Shown: piece after piece, positions 24,401-36,400 of the stretch
Layout: every line of letters starts with the position of its first letter
Numbering within the stretch: the first letter of the stretch is position 1
Source of the DNA: Candidatus Omnitrophota bacterium
GTDB taxonomy: Bacteria; Omnitrophota; Gorgyraeia; Gygaellales; Profunditerraquicolaceae
Assembly: GCA_963805065.1 (NCBI GenBank)
Contig: CAWDSS010000010.1
Span: 536,359 to 600,358, forward strand
Direction of reading: 5' to 3'
DNA: 64,000 nucleotides
Notes under the pieces: model-generated
What the model saw: the letters and a program-made list of their open reading frames with translations, nothing else
Told to the model about the DNA's origin: nothing
Databases searched by the model: none
Made by a program: the position numbers and the translations under genes

Positions 24401-27400
24401 TCTCATTATCATTAAGCCTGGCTCCTATATTGCCAACGCTCGTGGGCAACCCGGATTCAAAATTATATTTCTGCTTGTTTTTATCCTTAGCATAGAAAGA
24501 TGCCATGTAGCTATTGGGATAGAATTTTGCCAAGGAAGGAGTTGATAGTTCACTTCCGAAAGAATAGGACCCGCCGTTCTTTACCAAATTATATTTCGTC
24601 CTATGGCTTAAGGCAGCATAATCGGGATTCTTGTATCTTAAGGCATTTAAGACATATCTTCTGCTAATACCCTGCAGGAACATCTTGGACATTTTTTTTA
24701 GTTCTTGGCTATTTTTATTAGAATAATAAAGTTCTGAATATTGCCTCATAAAGTCTTTAAAGGAACCTTTTTCCTTCATGGATTCAGGCTTAAAGAAATA
24801 TTTTACCCTTTCGCTAAAGGTTAGAGGCGTAGTGCCGGTGATATCTCTTACGTATTGCATCTGATCAGGGATTAAAATCTCCCCTGACTTGAGCTTCTTA
24901 TTCGCCCACTCTACTGTATCAATAGCTGTATAGGTGAGGGCGAACCATTCTGTAGGATTGTAACCCCAGAGGCTATCACGGCTCTCGCCTAAAGGAATGC
25001 CTGCTAATAAACCGAAAAGGTGACCTAATACTTCATGGCGGCTTTCAACGTTGCCTACTGATCTAATCTTAAAGCCGTATCTTCCATCTTGACCCAAGAC
25101 TGTTTCGAATCTATTCAAAGGAAGCCATACTTCAAACTTCTGCCCCATTTCATCGCTCTTGTCGAAAAGTTTTACTGTAGTGATATTTGGAGGCGCAGCC
25201 TTTAATACAACCTTACCTTCCAAGAATAGCATTTTTAATTCATCCATAATGGCTTCCGCACTCTTACCATTCATTAACGGCTTAACTTCTTCTGTTGCAG
25301 CCATAGTTTGCATTAATTTTTCCTGGATTTGCTTACGCTGTCCGGGATCACGAATACTGATATAGATTTCCCGTTGTAATTGATTGCAACCAGACTGCAA
25401 AGAATCAATCTTGGAAAGATCGACTTTTTCCGGTAATAATCCATTAGCTTTTAAGGCAACCGCCGTAGAAATACTTTCTATAAGCCTATCAGTGCCGATG
25501 TTCTGGCTATTTGATAAGCCCAATTTTTCCTGCAGGCCTTTAAAATCAGTATTATATTCTGAAACTAAATATTTTGAAACATCCTGTATCTTATCTGTTT
25601 TAAGTACATCAATCTTAGTGCTGAGATAATCCTTATTACTCTTGCTCTGGAGCACCTCTTGTAATACCGCTAATTTTTCCAATCTGTTTAATAAGTTTTC
25701 TACATTGCTACTCTTTTCATTTATCTTTTCAAGGTCTTCGAGATTTGCCCACTTCACAAACAGATCCTTTACATCAGCTACCTTCTCATCAATCAATGCA
25801 TCGGCAATGTTATATAGATATTTACCGCTAGATACTACCTCGATGTTCGCTTTAGCCTTATATCTTGTTTCTAATAGTTTACTATAATTTTTGAAGAGGT
25901 TATTCAGACTGGCCTTATATATTAATGTATCTTGGGCATCTAATTTAGAGGAATTCATTTTATCTACCAATGAATTTATATAATCGTCTACGAATGCTTC
26001 CTGCATTTGAGGCATAGCTAAACTTATCTCCCGTGCCAGTCTCTTTTTAGCTAAAAAATGATAGGCCCAATCCTCTGTGCTTATAGAAAATGTGGATTCG
26101 ATCTTGGCGAATTTCTTATCAAAAGATAGCTTCTTATCAACCAAAGTTGAATAAATAGTAAAGTTGATGTCTTTCTTTAATTCCTCAGAGGAAATTTCTT
26201 GGTTCTCCAATCCCGTTCCCTGCTTATATTGATCGAATTTTGTTTTAATTGAGGCAAATGCACTATCTTCTTCCCCTATTTCACGGGCCTTTTCTATGCT
26301 CGTCTTAAATTTAGTCTGATAGTATTGGATGGTCTTGTTAAATAACGGCTGGTCGAAATTATTTTCTCCCAAATTATCTTTTATTTCGTCAGCCAATTTA
26401 GTTTGGATATCTGGAATATTGATTATGTTTTGAATCTTATCTGTGTAGCTGATGGCTTGATCTTCTTGTAATTGTTTTAAGGCTAATTTCTGGTAAGCAC
26501 TGTTGTAGGCTGAGGTTAAATATTTAACTTTTTGAGCAGGAAATTCTTTTTCAGATAAAACAGAGGGCAGCGTCTTTACAATTACTTCCCTTAATTGCTC
26601 TTCTCTTTGCTGCTCTTTCTCTAAATCACTATAATCTTCTACCAAGCCTTGATATTTTAAAATCTTAGTAAATGATCTTAACTCTTCTTCATTAATTACT
26701 TTGTCTGTACCCGCTATAGCCTGCGCCAAAGAAATTTTATTGCCGTTAATTTCGATTTCTTTAAACATGAGGTTGTCTACAGCGTATAGCAAATCATCTT
26801 TATCAACTTTTGCTTTTGGTGCAGCAGGCTCTGTGGTTTTCTTGGCATCTTCTTTTAATAGGCCTTGCTTAAGCATAAACTTCTTGGCATCTTGCAATAG
26901 GCCTTGCTTCTCAACTGGAGTGTTTACATTTATTAAATCCTCCAGTTTAAGCCTCTGCCACAAAAGCTCAACCGCGGGATAAAGCCCAATGCTCTTTCTG
27001 ATCCTGCCTAATAAATCCTCCTGCTGGTAATTGATAATATCTTGTAAGGAAACCTTACTTCCCAGATTCTTGAATAATTCATCAGTAGCTTTTATCTTTT
27101 CTAGAGTGGATAACCCGTCATTATCGCTGTAAGAGACCTTGTATAATTTATCGAATGTTGTGCTGAATATTCTGTTCTTTTCTTCGAGTTTTTGGTAGAA
27201 CTTACCTGATAGTGAAAATGGACGGATAAAAGAAGCTATTCCTGCAATAGTCGGATATTCTCTTGTTGAAGCATACTGACCTTTTATGCTGGCATTAACC
27301 ACAGCCAGGCCAAGCAAGTAATTAGATAACTCGGCAGAACCACCTGCGATTTTCATTATATTCTTTTGAATATTGGCAGTCCTATTGATAACGGGCAAAT

Positions 27401-30400
27401 GTAGACGAATTAAGCTTGGGTTAATTGTAGCTGAAATCTTTCTTAAAGAAATTCCTTCATTAAAATTAACTGGATTGACCAACGCATGCTTTAAAATATT
27501 ATCTGCTCCCTTATCTCTATAAAGATGAATAAATCTAGAAACGATGGCCGTAGGGCTTATAGCATCGGCCATGGTGAAATATTTCATTAATAAGGTATCA
27601 TTGGTTTGCGCAGCAAAAGGAATATTGTTTACTAGCTGCGTATTTGCCCTCTCAAGCAATAACTTTTGGTCTCTAAATTTAGAAAGCCGCCCATAGGTAA
27701 CAGACGGGTTGATACTTAAGGATACAATCTGTTTTATATCTTGCTGGTCAACAGGAGCTAAGTTATTAATACCGGGTAAGGAGGTATCAATATACTGAAT
27801 TAAATTAGCTGCAGAAACCTGCACATTGAAATTAGTTGAGATATTCTGCCATAAAGCATTATTATGCTGTAAAGACTGCAGAGAATTATATAGAGTATTG
27901 GCAAAGGCATTGTTATTAATTTGAGGCCCGACAATACCTGCTACGATTTTAACGAGATTGGCGCTAGTTAAGGTATGCGTGCTAAAACCATCTATTGTCT
28001 TACGTATTGCATCTTTATCAGCCTCTGACACTGCGATTTGTTTGCCTTCTAATGTCCTGATTAATTGCTCTGCGCCTTCCCTTACCTGCATACTCTGTTT
28101 CATTAGGTCCTCTGAAGAATTGGAAGATGTTCTAATTGTAGGAAGTAAGAAATCTTCGGCTAACCTCTTTGCAGAAGGAAGGATATCCTTGACTGTCTGG
28201 ATATCTCTTATACCTATAATTTTTCCAGAGGATGCGCCAAACATCTGTTCTTCGAAGTTTTTATCTTTGGTGAGGTCCCATTCAGCGCTCCTGAATGCTA
28301 ATTCTATCTGTCCACGCTTAGCATAATCCTCTCGGAATGGAGACTCTTCTGCTAATAACCTAAGCTTGGAAGAAGTAGGCTCATAAGTGCGGTCCTTTGT
28401 CTCAAATGCCCTAGAATTGCCTTCCAAGACATTTACTAATGTCTTTACCTGTTTACCCAGGCCTTCCAATCTTTGTTTTACTATATCTTTAGGACGTGCA
28501 ATATCTTCGAAGGCAATGGTAGTATAGAGTTCTGAATTTCTGTCCAGAATAACCTCTTGATAAACCTTTTGGATAAAGTTGCGCTGCTTAGCATTCCAAG
28601 ATTTACCCATAAACTCTTCAAATGTACGTGTCAAGAATACCTCTTGCATGCTTCTTGTAAATATATCCAATGCTGCTTGGCTTCTATCTCTATATTCCTG
28701 TATATGAAAAGCTAGCTTAATGGCTTCTGGGTCAGAAAGATTCTTGTTATCTAGCGCATCAATATAGTTCTCAAGCTCAACACGCTCTCTTGATCCATAA
28801 GCAAGTTTACCTGCCTCTTTTTGCCAGCGTTCTTTTAAATATTCCTTTACTGGGGCTATATCCTTGAAATAAGCATCTGCTTGTCCGCGAGAGTAATAAA
28901 AATCTACTTTTGCGCCACGATCACTGTTACGGTTGATACGTGCTATTGCCTGCAAAGCTCTGGACATGTTGGTGATAGAAGGATTTTCCGCATAGAACAA
29001 ATTCACATCCTTGGCAACGTTAACTCCCTCTTCGCCGATTTCTGTGGTAATAATGATTTTACCTTTGCCGCTTAGCTGCTTTGCCTCACGGACTAGGTCT
29101 CCTTTATCAAAAGAGTCTGAACTGCCGTCAAATGACCGCAGATGTTCTCCACTTAACGAATCTAAATCTATGCCGCGATCTAATAATTCGTTCCTTAAAT
29201 AACCTTTGAACTCTCCCAGATTTTCTGCTCCCACAATTACATAAGCGGATTTACCTGATTTGCCTCTTTCCTTGCCAGCAATATTAGTTGCAATATTTTC
29301 GGCAACTGTCTTAGCCATTTCTTTCAGCGGCTCTGCTTTATCGTTGAGCTTTATCTCGCTGACGATTTCATTACCTACCATATAGAATAATTCATTATTT
29401 CTTATAACTAATCTTGCTTTTTCTCCGGCCAGGCTAAATTCCTTGCCATTCATAAAGGAAATGATCTCTGAAGGTGTTCCGGTTAATGCTGAGTTTCTTC
29501 CGCCAATCTTAGTAAAAAGCTGTAATACAGAAGAGGAAATAATTGTATCTCCTCCAGCAAAAGACTCGTTCCATTTAATCTTGTCTACAGGGATATTCTT
29601 TTCCTCTGCTTGTTTTAAGGCACTGGCTACCATCAAGGCTTTATTGTGTAAAACCATATCTGCCTGTAAACCATCCATCTTGCTAGACACCTGCACTCTG
29701 CCATCGGTAATAGCAACAGAAATTCCCTTCTTAATGATTGCGGATGCAATACTGGTAATATCTGCATCGGTAATGGTTTTGTCATGATTTAACTGAGTTT
29801 TAAGATAATCTAAGGCTGATTGGGTAAGAGCAACGCTATCGCCTTCTATAGCATAACCTCTTGTGGTGATGTCTTCTCTGGTCTTGGAAGGCTGTTCGCC
29901 TTGTTTAGTATCAACTTCTGCCAGCTCTAATTTAGTAATTGCCTTGCTATTTATGGCATCCTTTATCTTGTCATAAGCCAACTTGTATTTATTGTAGTAG
30001 TTGGAAAGCTTGGTGTGATCGCGTCCGACAATTGCTTCCAGGCTCTTAATAGCATTCTGTCCTTCATCAAAATCAACCAGGTGGTTGTTTTCTCTTAAAT
30101 ATGTGAATAACTCATCCGCGCTCTTCTTTGCCATATAATCAGAGACCATTCTGCGGTTAAACAGATGCGGGAATTTCTCGTAGCTTGCTACATTAATTGT
30201 ATTGGCATCTTTTAAGCTGGATAAAATCAATGATGTGGGAGTGAGAGGATTAGAAACAGCATTGTCTATGTTTTTGATCTTAAGTCCGAATAATTCTGTC
30301 CAGAAAGTTGCCTGGTCCATCACAGACTTAACCAAGGTTGTATTCTTGGTAAGATATAAAGAAGCTGTGTCTTTACGCGCCATGCTCTCTGATATCAAAG

Positions 30401-33400
30401 CAAGAGATATTGCTAAAGTTTTCCCCTGATTCATGGCAGCTTCGATATTCTCGCCCTTCATGATATCAAGCAATTTATCCGCTTTTTGCACCTGATTTAA
30501 AGACAGGAAATCAGTGTCAAGCTTACATGTCTCTACATCGGTAAAGATATCTTTTCTTATGCAGGCACGGGCGAACCATTCCATATCCTTCTTAATAATA
30601 TCTTCGGCGTTAGCACCTTTTTCTTGCTTAACTTTCTCTATTGCTTCCGCGAATGCCTTAGAGTATCCTTTATCAAATCCAGTAATTTTAGTTACGTCCT
30701 CACCTTTTTCATTAGTTAAGATATTGTAAGTAAACTCAATATCGATTTTGTCTACACCTTTAGAAACTTTTATTTTTATAACATCCGCACCATCTCGCAT
30801 GCTATTTTCTATACCCTCAATTACTACGCTCTTCGTTCTTAACATATCCCTGATCGGGCTACCAGAGGTCGATTGATCCACTATCTTTTCTGCAATCTTA
30901 GCGCTAATCAAACTGGTTATATCTGCATAATTAAATGGTTTGTCTAATTGAGCCTTCTCTATTAATTCTTGTTTAATCCCATCTACCAATTGCTGAGCAA
31001 GAATAGCTTTATCTGCTTCTTTTACAAATTTGATTTCTTTTAAATCGTCTTTTGTATAGCTAACTTGTATGTCTTCTGACCTACTGCCGTCTTCCTTTAT
31101 AAATGATACCCCTAACACTCCTTTGATTTCTTTTGTCAGCGGATCCATATTTTCTTTCAACACCCTTACTTCAATAGAATCCATGCGATTGTTAATTATG
31201 TCTTTGACTTCCTGGAATTTGGCGGGATTTGTCTCTGCTAATAAGGCTATATTACCTTTATTTGCATTTATGCTTTCGACGCCTCTCGTTACAAGGAACT
31301 CTATGGCTTCCAGCTTATTAGTATTCTCATCCTTAGCTGCTTCAATAAATAGTCTATTGAGAGACTTCTGATACCCTAACCAATCCTTGCTACTGCCGGT
31401 TTCAATGAATTTCGCTTCCGCTACCTCAAAATTTTCTATAGGAGATTTTTTCTTGTTTAACCAAGCATCTATCCAAGTAGTTTTCTGCATACCAAATAAT
31501 TCGCTGGGCATTACTGGCATCTTCGGCAGCTCTTTACCAGCATTTATTGCCTCTAGCTGCTGTTCCTTTATCCCCTTCAATTGACTATGCTTTTTCTCAA
31601 CTTCAACCTGCTGCTCTAAACGAAGCAATTCCTTCTCTCTTATGCTCTCAGGTTGCGAAAGAGGATTTTTCAAGTAATCAACCATTGCATTAGCATATTT
31701 TTTCTCTGAGTCAAATTTAGAATTCTTGATTTTCTCATTAAACTTCGCTATTTGTAGCAACCTATCAACAACCCCTGAGAGGGTATAAGGATTATCTGCT
31801 TTGATTTCTTTGCTACGATTGTCAACCAGCTTTACCTCTTTCAAGCGACCAAATATTGTTTTTGCTACATCAAAAATGTTATTTACATCGCTATCCTTTA
31901 CCTCTAAACCTTTTTCTCTTAAGATGGATTTGATTTGATCTATCTTTGCGCCTTCTTCTGCATTACTAAACACAATCGCTTCTATCGCCTTTCGTAAATC
32001 TGCTCTCGCATCCGTCAAATTCTTTTCTGCACGGCTGTCTGTAATGATATTGGTTATGGCACTGTCAAGATCGTGTGATAGTTCTCTGATTTTTTCTCCG
32101 GATTCGGAAGAAAGTTCGTTAATATCAACTCTCTTTGCGTTAATCGAACCTATAATATATTCTGCATTGTCAACGGAGACTGTTATGTCTTTTAAACCCC
32201 TTAAAGACCAAGGTAATTTAATACTGGTGTTTACCAATGCCTCTTGCCAAGTCACCTTGCCATCTCTTATGTCCTTGAGTTTCTCCGCCAGATTATCGGC
32301 GAGTTTAATCTTCTCTGTACCATAGTTACTCAATATTCCAGCCACAAATGAGGCGCGCTCTTCATCTCTATGTTTTAACAAGCGCTCTACGCCTTCTGTA
32401 ATTTCAAATTCTACTTTATCTATCTTTCCGTTTCTTGTCTCTTCCAGGGTTATCTTTCCGTTAGACATTACCTTGGTATGATTCATAGGAAGCTTTGTAA
32501 TCAGTACATTATCCAAGGCCTGGCTTAATGCCGATGTTTTATATTTCCCTTCTTTATTGATATCGAAGGCGAAATCTTTCCCTAAATCTATCTCTTGTGC
32601 GTTTACTGCTTCTGCTTCCTTGACTTTATCCTGTATAAACTTTAACTGGTTAAGGCTAAGATGAGAAATGCGCGTCATATCAAGGATAGCTTCTGCTTCT
32701 GATAACATGGTAACCGGTAGGGTTCTGGTTCTATAGGAAACAGTGATATTCTCTATCTTATCGGAGAGTTCGGTGGTAAAGTTGGCTAGGTTACTATAAA
32801 AATCTTCATTTCTTAAGAGGTTGTCTTCTGCGGCTTTGAATTTCTCCCAGGTAGCAAAACCATAGTATTTAGCTAATTTCTCCTGGGAAATTTTTGTATT
32901 ACCAGAGAACATGAAATCTTCTTTGAAGCTTAAATCAACAGGAGGAGAACGCTGTTGATCGGCGAGGTCTATATGGGCCTTGTAATCACTGGCAAGGTCC
33001 TTAACCAAATTCTTTATGTAATCCTCTCCTAACCTGCTCTTCATATCCCTGATTAAGAGATCGGGATTATCCTGATACATCTTTTTTAAAACATCTGGTT
33101 TCGTTTGGTAATGCTGTTGAAGTGTTCCTTCCCAGCCAGTATCGTTATGTTCTGCTGCTTGTTTATTTATGAAATCTTCCTTTTCTGCAAGCCTGGTTAT
33201 GGAATTTTTCAATACCATCTCTTCTATTGCTTGATCAAGGTGCGCTTGTGTGACCTTCGGGTTCTGGGGATTTTCTACTTTTGCAATTTCCGTTGCCTTA
33301 TCTATTACAACTTTGGAGATATTTTTTAAGCCCTGTTTATAAAAAACTTCCGCTGTTTCATCTAAAGATTTTCCAAACATATCTTGGGCTAAATTATTTT

Positions 33401-36400
33401 TGTTGATGTCTGAATCTGACAAGCCCTTCGCATTTAATTCCTCTTTTAGCTTAGAAGATAAGGCTTCTCTGTAATTTTCTAACCTTATAACTCCTAGCCC
33501 TAATCTTTGCGCTTCTGCATGTATACCAGCAATAAAATCTTGCTGACGATCGGCGTTAACCTTTATTTCCATAGTTTCCAAGTTTTCGGTTGTAGGTGTC
33601 ATGCTTAATCTATATGCGTCTTTATTAACAGCCGGAAGAATATCCTCTACATGACTTACGACGGATTTTATTAAATCCTCGCGTTTGAACTCACCGTTAG
33701 GACCAACATAAGCTCCGGCTTTTGTCTGTTCACGTAACATTTCCACTATGGGGTTTACTACGTAGGCGTCGATATCTTTTCCTAGTTCCTCAGGATTGTT
33801 GGCATAATGATTTTCAAGAATCCATATCCTGTCCTCTATGGCAGCATCCTTCATAGGAGAGGAGCTGTATTGCCTTCCCGCTACTATTGAAGCCACCAAT
33901 TCTTTTGCGCCTAGTCCGGAACTCTTAATTACATCGCCTATGCTGTTTTTGATATAGGTATTAATGGGAGTCAGGATTTCTGCTTCTAAAGCTCCTGGAT
34001 CATTAGAACGAATAGTATTAGTAACTAAGGTTCCTAAATCCTGCTTGTTTTCTCTTAGTCGAGAGATTATTTGTAGCGCTGTATCCTCCCTATTAATCTT
34101 CACATCTTCTCTGCCAATATCCTTGCCTTCTGCAACATAAGCTCTTAGGGTTCCCAGAGTATTTTCGGAGATTCTTCCGCCCATAGGCATACCTAAGAAA
34201 CCTATGAAAGAATAAAAACTAATTGCTTCTTTGGAAAAACCTTCATTTTGACCCAAATAGCCTTTAAGAATCTTATCATTTACCAATCCAAGGGCACCTT
34301 CAACGCTGCTTACAATTGCCGGCATGGTGATTACTGTTGATTCAACCCAATTCCCAAGACTCTTCATGGCGCCTTCTGAACCTTGGCGTAAAATAGCCTT
34401 TTCTATTGCATAAGCAGGCGCCCCTTCAGAACTTCTATTTATTGCGGCTATTCCTTTTTTCAATTGAATACCCAACCAGCGAGAAGGAGAAGTCAATAAT
34501 CCGAACTGCAAACCAGGCTCTAATGATTGCGCCTGAGCTAATCCAAATGTTGCGGGCATCCACCTACCAGAAAGAGAAGATTGCAAAACAGAGAACATAT
34601 TAGTAATGACAAGGTTCTTCCAGGTAAAATCCAATTTATTATTCACATCAAAAGGATTATCTAACTTTAAAGGCTCACCTGTAATCTTATCTGCTATCGC
34701 CCTGGCTGCTACTCCTCCTATATTAAATGCCGGGCCAACCGCAAGCCAGTTTGCCACACCTGCAGCATTAGTCTTATAAAGCCACTGCGCTCCGGAGAAA
34801 CGCTCATCTGAACCTAAACCAAATACTTTTACAGGCTCTCCTTTGCCGATTAACTCGATATTCTTAGTAAAACTCTTGGATAAATTTCCTAAATACCAGA
34901 AACTTAAGCCTCCCTTAAGTGCGCCCTTAATGTTATTAGCCAAAAAACTATTAACATCCGGCAAGCTCATGTAGTTAACTGCGTAGCTTACATTTTCTAT
35001 GCCTGCTCCCACTAATGTACCATATGCTATTTTTTTCCATCCCTGCGTCCAGCCATTCCATTCACTAATTCTTGATACGGCGCCGTTCCATTGAGTTATC
35101 CCTTGTGCTTCATTTTCTGTAAGTCTCCAACCATTGGATTTCTTGCTACCAAAAGGATAAACCATGGCTGCACCCCATAAAAGACCTGTAAAATAATTAT
35201 TGGGGTCAGATAATGAATTCTTCATGGAATCAATAAAGCCGCTATTCCCTTGCGAATAATTCCAAATCCCCTGACCAATAGGATTTAATATTGCCCCGGT
35301 TGCCGGATAGGTAAATACCCGGGTTGGTATCCTATCGGCAAAAGGCAGTTTAGCCAAAGTAGGTCCCGCTTCGGAAAGCTTGGCTTCAGGAGAATATAAC
35401 TTGGCAAAAGCTGATGTTCTTTCTTCTGCGTTTGTTGTAGTCATCTGTTTGGCTAAGCTAGGCGTCAACTCTAATACACCACCTATGGCGGCGCCAAAAG
35501 CTGAACCCTTTAAGAACCCGCCGCCAAAATCATACGCCATTGAAATAGGATTAGTTGGCTGCCCCAAAGCAGTTCTTATGCCTGTATTAGCTACAGCCTC
35601 GGTTCTTCCCCAGAAAATCCCAGTTGGAATAACATAGCGGGAAATAAAGCTGCTTTCTTTAGCCATTGCTAAACTCTCCCCCTTGTTTCCCAAAATTCCC
35701 AATACGCCAACCGTAGCAAGGTTTTCAAACGTATAGAAATCTCTTACGCCTTGTAATGCGCCTGCCCAAAAACCTTTTCCGCTGCCACCATCGCGCCAAC
35801 CGTTTATCCCGCCGCCTAATCCAGCAAATGCAGTGTAATAAGACAATTCTCTCAAGGCAGCGCCCACAGCATTCTTGCTTAAAACTAATTTTGCTCCCTG
35901 ATAAGCCATATCCCCGAGAGCTGCTGAACCTGCTTCGCCCAATAAAGGTAAACGGCCAGCAAGGCTAGTACTATATTCTTTAATTGTTAAAGCTGCGCGC
36001 TCAGAAAATGAAGCTCCCGCTGTTTCCTTAACCACTCCTTCTGTAGCTGCTGCAAAAGGAGCTGTTACTAATCTTGCACCTATGCCTAAGGTTAGAACAT
36101 CAAAACCTCCTTGCAAGGAAAGCAAGAAACGTTCAGTTGAGTTCTGAGCCCTATATAAACCGTATACATCGCTAGCTCTCCCACTTAATACTTCATAACC
36201 ACCTATGCCGATACGTGAAACTATAGCCATAGGATCAATAGGGTTTAATTTACTTGCCTCTCCTAAAGTAATCCTTAATTTTGCAAAATTATCATTGCCT
36301 ACGTTTTCGTATTTATAGCGACTATCTATTGCATTAGTCACTGCCTGCGCTCTTGATATAAGTGGGTCAACGACGAATTTAGTTGCAGGATAAACTAGTA

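Noticed and set aside
25020-25037. Apparent zinc-metalloprotease motif RHEVLGHLFG in the giant protein
   Set aside because: On counting, it reads H-E-V-L-G-H, i.e. HExxxH rather than the HExxH zincin motif. There is no convincing third ligand at canonical spacing.
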